Assembly: GCA_964408485.1 (NCBI GenBank)
Contig: CAYOZJ010000003.1
Location: forward strand, 65,290 to 129,289
DNA from: an uncultured Gammaproteobacteria bacterium
GTDB taxonomy: Bacteria > Patescibacteriota > Microgenomatia > Levybacterales > UBA12049
Direction of reading: 5' to 3'
DNA length: 64,000 nt
Program-made: the position numbers and the translations under genes
Shown here: piece by piece, positions 1-10,358 of the stretch
Position numbering within the stretch: the stretch's first letter is position 1
Layout of the letters: every line of letters begins with the position of its first letter
Notes under the pieces: generated by a model
The model's database searches: none
The model's input: only the letters and a program-made list of their open reading frames with translations
Told to the model about the DNA's origin: nothing

Positions 1-64
1 AAAAGCAGTACTTATCCCACTTCTTTTTGGACAAAAGGACGAGCAGTGGAAAAATGCAAAATTA

Positions 65-262
65 ATGGAGTCAGAAAAACTTGCAACAGTCATTCTTCAA
101 AAATCCCTTTCACCCAAAACACTTTTTCAGGCAATCCAACAAGAGCTTGCTAGAAAAGCGACAGATACAGCAAAATGGCAAATCCCTCTTATTAAAAATG
201 GGGCAGAAAACGTGGCAAAGGTGGTACTAGCATGCGTATCAACATCCCAAGCAGAAAAGTAA
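65..262 (+). CDS. hypothetical protein; the reading frame is open back to the window edge, so this is probably the 3' part of a longer gene that starts upstream
   Basis: 65-aa ORF in the track; no in-frame stop between position 2 and the first Met at 65; no recognisable motif. Confidence 0.25.
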   Translation: MESEKLATVILQKSLSPKTLFQAIQQELARKATDTAKWQIPLIKNGAENVAKVVLACVSTSQAEK

Positions 263-654
263 AATCTACTCTCCGGGCGCTTTCGCTTATGATAGCGCTT
301 TTTTTGGCAACAATTGTCGCGTGTGCTGTCTGTTTTGTTTTTTTCACTTTTTCAACAATTCGCATTATTTCTCCTCTTATGAGACTCTCCGGGGTAGTAA
401 ATAGTGACAATGCCATTGCGACTGTAAAGAATATGTGTAAAGATACTCACCTTTCCTGTGTAACAGTCGTTGCCCTTCCTGATGGATCTTTACAGATAAC
501 CTTGGATAGTGGAGCAGTTGCTATTCTCTCGACACAAAAAGACCTCAAAAAGCAACTCGCCTCTTTACAACAAGTAGCTTCCCAACTTACAATAAAAGGA
601 AAGCAACTGAAACGAGTAGACTTTCGGTTTGCTCAAGTCGTTGTTAGTTTTTAA
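232..654 (+). CDS. putative cell division protein FtsQ/DivIB-like (short; N-terminal TM helix)
   Basis: Sits directly upstream of ftsA in the classical ftsQ-ftsA-ftsZ order; single hydrophobic TM segment (LMIALFLATIVACAVCFVFF) followed by a soluble domain; no strong motif. Confidence 0.35.
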   Translation: MRINIPSRKVKSTLRALSLMIALFLATIVACAVCFVFFTFSTIRIISPLMRLSGVVNSDNAIATVKNMCKDTHLSCVTVVALPDGSLQITLDSGAVAILSTQKDLKKQLASLQQVASQLTIKGKQLKRVDFRFAQVVVSF

Positions 655-657
655 GAT

Positions 658-1929
658 ATGGCTGATGCAAAAATACTAGTAGGTGTTGATATAGGAAGTT
701 CTAAAATAGTAACGCTTATTGCAAAAGTAGATGACGAATCTGTTAATGTTTTGGGCGTATCAGAAGTAAAATCCAGCGGAATTAAAAAAGGGCAAATTGT
801 TGCCATTGAAGAGGCTGTACAAAGCATTAATGCGTCTCTAGAGTCCTCAGAGCGTATGGCAGGGTACTCCGCAAGTAAAGTTGTTGTCTCCATTGGCGGA
901 TCCCATATAGAATCCCAAAATTCACGTGGCGTTGTTGCGGTTGCTCAACCTGAAGGAGAAATAGCCCAACAAGACGTAACGCGTGTTATTGATGCAGCAA
1001 AAGCAGTAAGTTTTCCAACAAGTAGGGAAATTATTCACATTCTGCCTCGAAGCTTTATTGTTGATGGACAAGAGGGTATTAAAGCGCCTATTGGTATGAC
1101 TGGGGTTAGGCTAGAGGTAGAGACACATTTAATTACCGCTGGGACAACGAGTCTTAAGAATTTAGAAAAAGCGCTCTCTGAAGTTGGAGTAGATGTTGCG
1201 GGTATGGTATTTAATGGATACGCATCAAGTTTGGCAGTGCTCTCTGATACAGAAAAAGAATTAGGAGTTGTGTTGGTAGATATTGGAGCAGGGACAACAG
1301 ATATTGCTATTTATGTTGATGGAGCCTTAGCTCATTCGAGTGTGTTGCCAATTGGCGCGAGACATATTACCAATGATTTAGCAATTGGACTTCGCATCTC
1401 TTTGGAATCTGCAGAAAAACTCAAATTATTTTTAAGTAAGCCCAGAAGAAGATTATCAGAGGAAGATGGGTCACGAATTAGTGATGAAATGGATTTATCG
1501 AGCTTACAGCTGCCAGAAGAATTGAAAAAGGTGAGTTACAAAACACTTGTTGAAGGAATTATGCGACCACGCTTAAATGAAATATTCACTATGGTAGGAC
1601 TAGAGTTAAAGAAGTCAGGATGGGGTGGTCAAACACCGGCTGGTCTTGTTATTACCGGTGGAGGAGCCAAGACAGTTGGTATAGTAGATGCAGCAAAGCG
1701 AAGCCTTGCCATGCCGGTGAGAGTTGGCATTCCATCAGGGCTTAAGGGAATAATAGATGAGGTACAAGATCCAGCATTTTCTACAGCAGTTGGTCTTATT
1801 TTGTACGGCGCAACAGAAAGCCTCGCAACAGGTCCAGGATTTCATTTACCAATTCCCGCACTCAAGGGATTATCGTTTGGAAAATATGGAAAAAAAGTAA
1901 TTGATCTAATAAAATCCTTTATACCCTAA
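658..1929 (+). CDS. ftsA: cell division protein FtsA (actin-like ATPase)
   Basis: N-terminal VGVDIGSSKI phosphate-1 motif, DIGAGTTDIAIY phosphate-2 motif, length 423 aa, position next to ftsZ. Confidence 0.9.
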   Translation: MADAKILVGVDIGSSKIVTLIAKVDDESVNVLGVSEVKSSGIKKGQIVAIEEAVQSINASLESSERMAGYSASKVVVSIGGSHIESQNSRGVVAVAQPEGEIAQQDVTRVIDAAKAVSFPTSREIIHILPRSFIVDGQEGIKAPIGMTGVRLEVETHLITAGTTSLKNLEKALSEVGVDVAGMVFNGYASSLAVLSDTEKELGVVLVDIGAGTTDIAIYVDGALAHSSVLPIGARHITNDLAIGLRISLESAEKLKLFLSKPRRRLSEEDGSRISDEMDLSSLQLPEELKKVSYKTLVEGIMRPRLNEIFTMVGLELKKSGWGGQTPAGLVITGGGAKTVGIVDAAKRSLAMPVRVGIPSGLKGIIDEVQDPAFSTAVGLILYGATESLATGPGFHLPIPALKGLSFGKYGKKVIDLIKSFIP

Positions 1930-2168
1930 TATGAAAAGATCATCACAATCTCACAGACATAGAAGAACTAATCCAACTATGTTAAAGCAATCAGAACCAC
2001 TGGGAGAAGCTAACCTGAAGTTGTAGAAGGAGCTGGGAGTTTTGTTTCGCCATTTGCTTCTCAACTAGGATGGAGTCTTATTGAAGAACATGTTCGAAAA
2101 GGCGGAACGACTAGGCTTCCTAGTGGATACGTCCTTACAAAAGAAAATCTTAGAAATAAGTAATCTTG

Positions 2169-4196
2169 TTAGGTTTTTTCTTGCTCAATTGATTCTCCAA
2201 TGTTAATTGTTTCTGTAGGTGGTTCTACTATAGCTTGATTTCGTTGCCTTCTTCTCTCAGTTTTTGCTGCCCTAATCCTTTCTGTAAGTATTTCTAATTC
2301 TTCAGGCCAACCATTTTCAGGGTTTGGAAACTCTTCCGGATGTGCTTTTACATATCGCCAATTATCACGAAGTGCACGGAACTCATGCGGTTGCGCATCG
2401 TATTCGGCTTGTGTAACTTCATCCGGATTAAGAGGCGCAGATGACGAATTACCATGTTGTATATAATCATCAATGTGATTTATTTCCTCCCTTCCTGCTA
2501 ATAGAGTGCGTGATTTTGGCGTTAGTACCCCATAAGGAACTCGATCTACACGGGATATGAAGTAATAGAGCAGATCAGGCTCCATGAGACAATAATTTTC
2601 AAGGGCTGCGGTGTTTATACTGATAATATTATATTCAGGTACGGCAGCAGCGAGAGAATATCCTAGATCCTGATAGTTAAGCGATGTAAAACTTATTTTG
2701 GGAAGGGTCAGCTCCAGATTCGTTATGTTCAAATCCTCATATCCGCTAATGACACCTTTCATTAAACCAGTTATGTAAAGACCTAACCTCTCCTTAATTA
2801 TTTGCGACAAAACTTCTCTATCCTGCAGCGCATCTTGTTGCTTCTGTGAAAGATCCTGAAACAGGTCGCTTTGATAGAGACGCTCCGGATTTCCAAAGTC
2901 CGGAAAATTATCTGTTATCCAATCTATCCAATTCTCCTGACTAAATTGATAAGGAGACTCGATGGGACTTGTTACATCAACTGCTTCATTTTCAAATATC
3001 AGGTTTGCTGTCTGTGCTGTCGCAGGAATCGTTTCCCCATCTGGGCCGATGCGCGAAGGTAGGTTTTGCCATGTAACAACAGGGACTCCGTTCTCGTCAT
3101 ATTCTATATCTGAGTTGAATTCTGCTTGCTTTTGTTTTCTTCTTTCTGCGATTGCAGCATGGATTCTTGCATTAAGCACTTGTAGTTCGGTAGGTATATC
3201 GCCTCCTGGTGAAGGAAATTCTTCTGGGTGCGTCATGACATATCTTCTTTGGTCACGAAGAGATCGCAATTCATGCAGCTGGGCATCATATTGCGCTAAA
3301 GTTGCTCCTTGTAAATTCAACTCAGCTGGTACTCCGTATTGCATGATGCAGTCAATATGATTCATTTCTTCCCGACCGAATAAGTACATAAGGTTATCCG
3401 GTGTTGTTGCATGTAGCCTTTGTCCATCATGACTAAAAAATGCCGGAATTGTGTCAACGTCTGCAAGACAAAATGCTTCAAACATTGGCGTATTAACAAC
3501 AACTATATTCGAACCAGCAATGTTAAAAACGCCCGCATAACTTGCCTTATCAAAATCCATTGGAGCAAAAACAATTTGTGCAGCAGGTAAGTTGGGGTTA
3601 GTTTTTTCTAAATCATCCCACATATCTGAAATTCCATCTGCAAGAAATGTCATATTCTGTCCCGCACGTTCTTGAAAATTAGTTTTAAGTATCAGATCAT
3701 GGATAACTGATTTTTGTTCATCTGACATACTTTGGTAAGTTTGATCTTTTTCTAAGCGCTCTTCAAGCTGGCCAAACTCTGGAATATTTTCTCCAATCCA
3801 TTGTTCCCATTGTTCAGATGACATATCATATGGTGACTCTTTTGGTACAAGTACATCAAAAGCGTGTTCTTGACCGTCTATGAGCATAATGACTCTTTCA
3901 GCAAAAGCAGTTGAAGGTACTGTTTCGCCATTTGAATCAATTTTAGAAGGCAACTCTCTCAAAACACCTATTGGTATTCCGTCTGCGTCATATCGAATTT
4001 CTGGTTGAGATGGTTGTTCTGGAGAAGTTGGTTGTTGATCATCTATTGGTAAAGATTGTTCCGGGATTTCTTTTTGAGCAAGTGGGGGAGTTTGTTTTGC
4101 AGGCTCATCAACCTTTTTAACCACACTTTGTGAGCCCTCTCCTTTTGTAGGATTTATTTCCTTTGGTATCCCTTCAGATGGTGTTCCTGGCCCCAT
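2169..4196 (-). CDS. hypothetical protein with two tandem ~290-aa homologous halves and a Pro/Gln/Glu-rich N-terminus
   Basis: Long ORF. The two halves share motifs: YD(A/E)(D/N)G(I/V)P, LPS(K/R)I..GET(V/I)P, ESPY..S.E.W..WI, GREE(M/I)NHID, YDAQ.HE.R.LRD..RYV..HPEEFP.P, and a C-terminal ERR(K/R)Q(K/R). No TM segment and no known catalytic motif. Confidence 0.6.
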   Translation of the reverse strand: MGPGTPSEGIPKEINPTKGEGSQSVVKKVDEPAKQTPPLAQKEIPEQSLPIDDQQPTSPEQPSQPEIRYDADGIPIGVLRELPSKIDSNGETVPSTAFAERVIMLIDGQEHAFDVLVPKESPYDMSSEQWEQWIGENIPEFGQLEERLEKDQTYQSMSDEQKSVIHDLILKTNFQERAGQNMTFLADGISDMWDDLEKTNPNLPAAQIVFAPMDFDKASYAGVFNIAGSNIVVVNTPMFEAFCLADVDTIPAFFSHDGQRLHATTPDNLMYLFGREEMNHIDCIMQYGVPAELNLQGATLAQYDAQLHELRSLRDQRRYVMTHPEEFPSPGGDIPTELQVLNARIHAAIAERRKQKQAEFNSDIEYDENGVPVVTWQNLPSRIGPDGETIPATAQTANLIFENEAVDVTSPIESPYQFSQENWIDWITDNFPDFGNPERLYQSDLFQDLSQKQQDALQDREVLSQIIKERLGLYITGLMKGVISGYEDLNITNLELTLPKISFTSLNYQDLGYSLAAAVPEYNIISINTAALENYCLMEPDLLYYFISRVDRVPYGVLTPKSRTLLAGREEINHIDDYIQHGNSSSAPLNPDEVTQAEYDAQPHEFRALRDNWRYVKAHPEEFPNPENGWPEELEILTERIRAAKTERRRQRNQAIVEPPTETINIGESIEQEKT

Positions 4197-4268
4197 ATAA
4201 AAAGTATAACAAATTATTGCCTAAACAACTTGCAAATCGTGTAACCATCTGCTAGGATCACAGGAGTT

Positions 4269-5426
4269 ATGCTTATCAAGCCTCAGACAAATAATTTTGC
4301 AAAAATCCGCGTTGTTGGAGTTGGTGGTGGCGGTACAAATGCCTTGGCATCAATGATTGCCTCCCAAACAATTCAAGGAGTTGATTTTATTGCTGTTAAT
4401 ACAGATGCACAGGCTCTTTTACTCAATCCTGCGGAAGCAAAAGTCCAAATTGGTGAAAAATTAACAAAGGGATTAGGAAGTGGAGGAGATCCAGAAGTTG
4501 GCAAACAAGCAGCAGAGGAGTCTATTGAAAAAATCAAAGATAGCCTTAGAGGATCTGATATGGTTTTCGTTGCTGCTGGTATGGGTGGAGGTACTGGGAC
4601 AGGCGCTGCAGCAATTATCGCAGGTGTTGCAAAAGAAATTGGTGCACTCACTATTGCTGTTGTTACTAAACCATTTGCATTCGAAGGCACACGACGCATG
4701 GTAAATGCAGAAGATGGGATCGAAGCACTAAAAGATAAAGTTGATACGCTTATTGTTATTCCAAATCAGAGAATATTGGATGTTGTAGATAAAAAGGTAA
4801 GCCTTATGGAGGCATTTCGCGTTGCCGATAGTGTGTTAACGCAGGGCGTGCAGGGAATCTCTGATTTAATTACTGTCCCTGGTCTTATTAATGTGGACTT
4901 TGCTGATGTAAGAAGTATCATGACGAATGCTGGGTCATCTCTTATGGGTATTGGTACTGGGACCGGAGAAAATAAAGCACAAGTTGCAGCACGGGCTGCA
5001 GTGAGTAGTCCATTGCTTGAAATAAATATGGAAGGTGCACGGGGAGTCTTATTTAATATTACCGGTGGACCGGATATGTCCATGACAGAAGTCGATGAAG
5101 CAGCACGAATTATTTCTGAGGCTGCAGATCCTGATGCGAATATTATTTTTGGAACAACAATTGATGAAGAATTGCGAGATACAATAAAAATTACGCTTGT
5201 TGCAACAGGATTTGATTCAACACAGCAAAAATTATCTCAATTTGTCCCTGAGTCGTCTCAGTTTGTTAAGCAGCAAGAACCTGTTGAAAAAAGCCCAGAT
5301 GAGCAAGTATTACCGATTGTTCCACAAAATATGCAAAATTCTACAGGGACAACAACTGCGTCAACAGATGACGAACCAAATGAAGATATGTGGGATATTC
5401 CCGCTTTCTTGAGACATAAGAATTAA
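4269..5426 (+). CDS. ftsZ: cell division GTPase FtsZ
   Basis: Tubulin signature [11 protein letters not shown]-terminal [16 protein letters not shown] ribosome-binding site 6 nt upstream of ATG. Confidence 0.95.
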   Translation: MLIKPQTNNFAKIRVVGVGGGGTNALASMIASQTIQGVDFIAVNTDAQALLLNPAEAKVQIGEKLTKGLGSGGDPEVGKQAAEESIEKIKDSLRGSDMVFVAAGMGGGTGTGAAAIIAGVAKEIGALTIAVVTKPFAFEGTRRMVNAEDGIEALKDKVDTLIVIPNQRILDVVDKKVSLMEAFRVADSVLTQGVQGISDLITVPGLINVDFADVRSIMTNAGSSLMGIGTGTGENKAQVAARAAVSSPLLEINMEGARGVLFNITGGPDMSMTEVDEAARIISEAADPDANIIFGTTIDEELRDTIKITLVATGFDSTQQKLSQFVPESSQFVKQQEPVEKSPDEQVLPIVPQNMQNSTGTTTASTDDEPNEDMWDIPAFLRHKN

Positions 5427-7015
5427 TTTTCTAGTAATTTACAATTTTTTCCAACAATTTCCCTCGTTAATCTTTCTCGTTCTTGATTTGTAATATTTTT
5501 CAATTTTCCTGGTACAATTGCTTCCCAGGCATAAATATGAGAAATTGGAACGTGTTTGTATTCTGTGCCAATAGCATCTTTGGGATGGTCGTAGCACACT
5601 TGATTAAATAGTAAGTCTCCATCAAAGGTAAATTGGGGAATATTGTCTCCATTTGGGTCTTTTGTGAGGAGTAAAAAATGAGATCCTCCAAAAAAAGTAA
5701 TACTATTGCCAAGCCAATCATAATTTCCTCGAAAAAAGAAAACGTCATTTGCCTCTCCTCGTGGTACTTGAGAGACAATGGTTTGCAATGCCTGCTCAAC
5801 AAGTACTGTTGAGCGGTATGGTGCTTCCAGAGAGAGAATAGTATTCACTTTGTATATATTCAGCATGATAAAACAGATACATAAGAGTAATAAAATCCAC
5901 TTATTTTTAATTCTACTCAGAATATATGCAACAACAGCGATAAATCCGATTGCCGAAATATAGAGATAGTGGTGTTGTGGATCCATAGGACGTCTTGGCT
6001 CGGCAAGGAAATTGGGTAAATACAGTAAAAATGTCCACAAGATAAAAAATCCAATCACGGCAAAGGTCTGAGATTTTTTCTTAATTCCATATATAAAACT
6101 TGCTACTGCAAAAATAAATGATACTATTCCCCCAACGCCAAAAATCCTTTGATAATCAAGCGTTTCATAGATTGGCTTAGTTGCAGTCATACTGTACAGT
6201 GGATAGATAAACAAATCTGCTATTGTTGCAAAATAATTACCAATATCTTTTGTTTTGCTGAGCGCAAGCATTGGATTGATATGAAGAATTCTTAGAAAGA
6301 CGCTAACCTGTGTATCTCCAATAGGTAAAACAAAATACCATATGGTAAGAAGGGGAATACATATTGCGAGAAAGGCAAAAAGAATAATCGTGAGTTGTCT
6401 TGTTATTTTTGTTTTGTTTTTTGACTTTGGAAAGAGAAAAAGAAATAACGGAATAATAAAAAGGATTGATAGGCCTCGAGCTGGATCAAAAACAATACCA
6501 AGGACAAAAAAGATGATAAATAACCATATTCTTTTTTGCTGTCCTTTTATAGCATCTACTAAGCAAATAAGTGACAAAAGAGCAAAGATTGCAACGAAGG
6601 CAGGGACGTGGAAATTAAATGCATTTACAATATACATTCCAGCGTAGCACGTAGCGAAAAATACTCCTGCTAAAAATCCAGCTAATTTGGAATTTGTTAT
6701 TTTGTATAGTAAAACTCCGGTTAGGAATGCAGTGATTGTTTTGATAGTTATCCCTAGTAATTCCCAAAGTGTAGAATTAAGGCCAAAAAGTCGTACAAAA
6801 ACAAGTGCTTCTAGAGGAGCTGCAGGATGACGAAAATTAAAGAGTTGCGCAAAGGGGTGATACAGAGCATTCCACAAAAAAATATAATCATCTTGAAAAA
6901 AATCAAATGATAATGCTTTCCAAAATGTAAGTAAAGAAAGGAGAAAAAGAAATGAAAAAAATAACAATTGCCTTGCTAATGGATAGTTGTTGAGAAATTG
7001 ATTAAACTTTTTCAT
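5423..7015 (-). CDS. polytopic membrane protein, putative GT-C-type glycosyltransferase (ArnT/PMT-like)
   Basis: 530 aa with more than ten predicted TM helices and an N-terminal DDY motif in the first loop (FFQDDYIF); family assignment is tentative. Confidence 0.45.
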   Translation of the reverse strand: MKKFNQFLNNYPLARQLLFFSFLFLLSLLTFWKALSFDFFQDDYIFLWNALYHPFAQLFNFRHPAAPLEALVFVRLFGLNSTLWELLGITIKTITAFLTGVLLYKITNSKLAGFLAGVFFATCYAGMYIVNAFNFHVPAFVAIFALLSLICLVDAIKGQQKRIWLFIIFFVLGIVFDPARGLSILFIIPLFLFLFPKSKNKTKITRQLTIILFAFLAICIPLLTIWYFVLPIGDTQVSVFLRILHINPMLALSKTKDIGNYFATIADLFIYPLYSMTATKPIYETLDYQRIFGVGGIVSFIFAVASFIYGIKKKSQTFAVIGFFILWTFLLYLPNFLAEPRRPMDPQHHYLYISAIGFIAVVAYILSRIKNKWILLLLCICFIMLNIYKVNTILSLEAPYRSTVLVEQALQTIVSQVPRGEANDVFFFRGNYDWLGNSITFFGGSHFLLLTKDPNGDNIPQFTFDGDLLFNQVCYDHPKDAIGTEYKHVPISHIYAWEAIVPGKLKNITNQERERLTREIVGKNCKLLEN

Positions 7016-7658
7016 ACACTAAAAAACTTTGTTTGCCAAATATTCTCCAAAGAAAGGGAAGTGATAGGTATACTTTAACAAAAAAAGGAGATTTGGGAAA
7101 TTTACTCTTTGTAGTAAATGGTAAAAATCTTTCAATTTTTTTCTGTAACGCAAATCCATTCATACTGAATACTTCTGTGAGCGCTCTGTCATCAATTGGC
7201 GTAATATGGTCAAAAAACATCCAATAGTCCTTTGCACAGTAACGGATATTCGGTTGTAACACTAATACGTTTCCGCCTGGTTTTAGCAGTCTATGGAGTT
7301 CATGGATTGTTGAAAGTATTTCCTCACGAGTAATATGCTCAAAAAAATTACTAATAAATATTTTGTCGACTGAATTATTTTTGAGAGGTATTTTACTTGA
7401 AGAAGACTTTAAAAATTGTACGTTGTTATCTAAATATTTTTTAGAATCTGGATTTATATCGCACGCTAATTTTTTCTTGCAGGAAATATTGTTAATAAAT
7501 TCACCATACCCCGTTGCAACATCGAGAACTATATCCTGAGTATTAATATATTTCTGAAAAAAATTAGAGCAAAGTACTTTCCACAGTGCATTTCTTTGTG
7601 CGTGATCTCTGTCAAAGCGCTGTGCATATAATTTTTTTTCAATTGGTGGCTTGTTCAT
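7002..7658 (-). CDS. class I SAM-dependent methyltransferase
   Basis: Motif I VLDVATGYGEF and motif post-II LLKPGGNVLV. Confidence 0.7.
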   Translation of the reverse strand: MNKPPIEKKLYAQRFDRDHAQRNALWKVLCSNFFQKYINTQDIVLDVATGYGEFINNISCKKKLACDINPDSKKYLDNNVQFLKSSSSKIPLKNNSVDKIFISNFFEHITREEILSTIHELHRLLKPGGNVLVLQPNIRYCAKDYWMFFDHITPIDDRALTEVFSMNGFALQKKIERFLPFTTKSKFPKSPFFVKVYLSLPFLWRIFGKQSFLVYEKV

Positions 7659-7704
7659 GTAACTTTCTGATTGTAGCTATTGGGTAAAGAATTTACCAGA
7701 TGCT

Positions 7705-8280
7705 TTAGTGCATAAAGCTATGGAAAAAAAGAAGCAGATGATTATAATTTCTGTAGATAATATATCCTGTTAGTAAAATAAGTCCTGGAAATAAAACATA
7801 CTTCTCCAAAAACCCTCCTGTTTTTATCCGAAATGCAGTAATCGGCGGTAATCCAAATTTAAATGGAATGGGAAAAAGCCAGGGTACTCCTTCCCTAGTG
7901 AAGCTATCCATAATCAAATGAGAAATATACCCAATCATAAATGCCCACCAGACAATATTCATATTAGTAAGAAGAGATTTACTCATAAGTACCAGGATAA
8001 AGTGTGCGAGAAAGCCAAACAAAACAATGCCAATAATTGAATGCGAAATAAATCGATGCCCTCCCATAAGTGGAGTAAAAAGTCTACTGTAAAATGTTCC
8101 ACCAGGCAATTTATGCCACAGGTCTGCTGTTGGCTGGTCGATGTCTGGAGTAAGTCCGCCAATAAGATTGGCAGTAAAAGCGCAGAGTGCTGTTGCCAGA
8201 CTCATATGAATAATAGGAGATGCAGCAACAATATAGGTAAGTGCAGAAAATGCAGCTAAATCATGAGTACGTCCAGTCAT
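7705..8280 (-). CDS. membrane-bound metal-dependent hydrolase, YdjM/DUF457-like
   Basis: N-terminal MTGRTHD, several TM helices and His-rich loops typical of the YdjM family. Confidence 0.5.
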   Translation of the reverse strand: MTGRTHDLAAFSALTYIVAASPIIHMSLATALCAFTANLIGGLTPDIDQPTADLWHKLPGGTFYSRLFTPLMGGHRFISHSIIGIVLFGFLAHFILVLMSKSLLTNMNIVWWAFMIGYISHLIMDSFTREGVPWLFPIPFKFGLPPITAFRIKTGGFLEKYVLFPGLILLTGYIIYRNYNHLLLFFHSFMH

Positions 8281-8307
8281 GAAATAAGTGTAGCAAAAAT
8301 GAAGAAA

Positions 8308-8745
8308 TTATTCGCCTTGATTCGTGGGTTCTGTTGGTGTTGGAGGTTCTGGTTGTCTGTTGCGAGAATATGGACCAAGTTCCCAACGCGATAATAATCT
8401 ATCTCCTGTTCTGCGAGCTGTATCTTGAGCTGTTGTAGCCAATGCTTCTGCTCTTTGTGGAACTTCATCTAAAAATTCTTGTGCTCTTTGTGCGCCTTCT
8501 GTTAATGCTGCTTGACCAGTTTGAGCTAGTTGTTGAACCTTTTCGGTTGTCGCATCTTTAAGTCTTTCAGCTTGATCTGCTGTGTGTGCACCTAAATTGT
8601 GAGCAAGTTGTTGAGAACTGTTAACTTCAGGATGACGCTTTCTTGTTAGAAGACCTGCAGCAAAATGTATTCCATGTTCTACTACTTTCTGTACTACTAC
8701 CTCCCATGCTACTCCTTTTTCTCGTTGGGGTCCTCTTTGTGCCAT
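8308..8745 (-). CDS. hypothetical protein, Ala/Gln/Glu-rich helical
   Basis: ORF with apolipoprotein/phasin-like low-complexity helical repeats; no motif. Confidence 0.35.
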   Translation of the reverse strand: MAQRGPQREKGVAWEVVVQKVVEHGIHFAAGLLTRKRHPEVNSSQQLAHNLGAHTADQAERLKDATTEKVQQLAQTGQAALTEGAQRAQEFLDEVPQRAEALATTAQDTARRTGDRLLSRWELGPYSRNRQPEPPTPTEPTNQGE

Positions 8746-8789
8746 ATGCTCGCACTATAGTCCTAGCTGAATTTTTTGTCAATGAGAAA

Positions 8790-9437
8790 TTAAAATTCTG
8801 TAGAAAGAGGAATAACTGCTTTGCTTGGAATTTCTACCCAATAGGACTGTGTGTTACTGTTGGGTGTTTTGGAATTAACTATAAGTAATGTCTCGGACGC
8901 CCACCCTGTTGTTGTGTCGTAGGTATTTCCCGTTGTGCGGGCAGTAAAAATATCTTTGACATTAAAATATTGGGAATTATCGCCTACTTGCTGTCCATCT
9001 GCGCGAAATACAAGCGGTTCGGTGTTGTTACTGGATACATGATCAATAAAAAGATATTTATCATCTGGTGAAAAAGTATTAAAGGGGATGCTCATATTCT
9101 CATCTGTTGGTAAATTCACCGAATAAATTTGTACAGAATTTGATCCATCTTCATTAGTGGTTGTAAAAGTATATGTTTTGTCGCTTGCTCGAGTCGTGAC
9201 AGTCATTGTTACCTTTTTAAGACCATTTGGAGCAACTTGAGAAAAATTTGCAACTTTTGATACCGGCGTAGGAGTTGCTGTTGGTGTTGGACTAACAAAT
9301 GGCGCAACAACAGGTAAATTAAATACAGTCCTAACCTTCGGTCCGTTATGGAAATACGTTGCCGCAATAACACCAGCAACTGCGGCAAAGGCAAAAAGGA
9401 CTAATGATTCTAATTCAAATGTATGTGCTCGTGTCAT
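8790..9437 (-). CDS. hypothetical exported or membrane-anchored protein
   Basis: N-terminal hydrophobic anchor (LVLFAFAAVAGVIAATYF), Thr/Pro-rich linker, beta-rich C-terminal region. Confidence 0.4.
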   Translation of the reverse strand: MTRAHTFELESLVLFAFAAVAGVIAATYFHNGPKVRTVFNLPVVAPFVSPTPTATPTPVSKVANFSQVAPNGLKKVTMTVTTRASDKTYTFTTTNEDGSNSVQIYSVNLPTDENMSIPFNTFSPDDKYLFIDHVSSNNTEPLVFRADGQQVGDNSQYFNVKDIFTARTTGNTYDTTTGWASETLLIVNSKTPNSNTQSYWVEIPSKAVIPLSTEF

Positions 9438-9444
9438 AGGGTTG

Positions 9445-10200
9445 CTAATTAACCGGATTATTCTGTATACACTGGTTACTACTCGTTATTTGGTCACAAA
9501 TACTAACTGCTGTCCCTAATTTATTTCCCACAGGTCCGTCTGCCCAATCAAAGACTGTCTTTGCATCGACCTGTCGCATATTCACACATCCATGAGACAT
9601 GACATGTCCAAAATTGTCATGCCAATATGCACCGTGTAATCCAAAGTCATGATAAAAGTACATAACATACGGGACATTGGGTAAATCATACGCATCAGCT
9701 CCTTCTCCTCCAGCCATACGCGTTGAAACAAGCTTTTCCCAAATATGAAAATTACCAGTTGGGGTTTTGTTCCATTTTCCTGTTGATACAAGTGTTTTGA
9801 AAAAAAGCGTTGTGCCTTGGTAGGCATAAAGCGTTTGTGCTGCTAAATCAACATAAATATGCTTTTCTCCTGACGCTGCACCCAAGACCGGTTGGTAGGC
9901 AATTTGTTGTGTCTCATCTATTTTTGGTGGAATCACTTTTTTCCCCTGAAACATACCAATAGCATTATTTTCTATTTTTACAGACAAATCTGATGTACAG
10001 GATTTTGAGTTAGCACAGGTTGTATTTTGTGCTGCATTCAGGAAATACGAGGTACCAGCAAAGAAAAGAAGAGCAATGCTAAAAAATAAAAAATATCTTG
10101 TTATCAAAAAGAAAAATCCTCGCCTTTTATTACTTGGTGTCTTTATAGAACCTTTCCTTGACTTTTTTAGCATATATCCAGCGTATGAAGAATAGTGCAA
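9445..10200 (-). CDS. L,D-transpeptidase (YkuD domain)
   Basis: N-terminal TM anchor; catalytic region HGAYWHDNFGHVMSHGCVNM carrying the conserved His and Cys of the YkuD fold. Confidence 0.75.
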   Translation of the reverse strand: MHYSSYAGYMLKKSRKGSIKTPSNKRRGFFFLITRYFLFFSIALLFFAGTSYFLNAAQNTTCANSKSCTSDLSVKIENNAIGMFQGKKVIPPKIDETQQIAYQPVLGAASGEKHIYVDLAAQTLYAYQGTTLFFKTLVSTGKWNKTPTGNFHIWEKLVSTRMAGGEGADAYDLPNVPYVMYFYHDFGLHGAYWHDNFGHVMSHGCVNMRQVDAKTVFDWADGPVGNKLGTAVSICDQITSSNQCIQNNPVN

Positions 10201-10244
10201 ATTTGCAAGAGGGAGTTCCGGATCTGTACCATCAAGACAAGAAA

Positions 10245-10332
10245 CTTGTCATTCTGGCACTCGATTCAGTACTTGCTTCGCCGAAGCGGCGCTTTCCAGA
10301 ATCTGGATTCCTGCCTTCGCAGGAATGACACT
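10245..10332. repeat. MITE-like palindromic repeat, GTCATTC...GAATGAC family, copy R1
   Basis: Reads gtcattctggcac...ccagaatctggattcctgccttcgcaggaatgacac; nested hairpins; shares the cttcgccgaagcgg motif with copy R5. Confidence 0.6.
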
Positions 10333-10358
10333 TGTTTTTCAAGGGATAAGTTCCGGAG

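Noticed and set aside
1930-2168. Small peptides (MKRSSQSHRHRRTNPTMLKQSEPLGEANLKL and others) in the ftsA-downstream spacer
   Set aside because: They fall below the ORF threshold and have no RBS or promoter support. Possibly real micro-ORFs, but unsupported.
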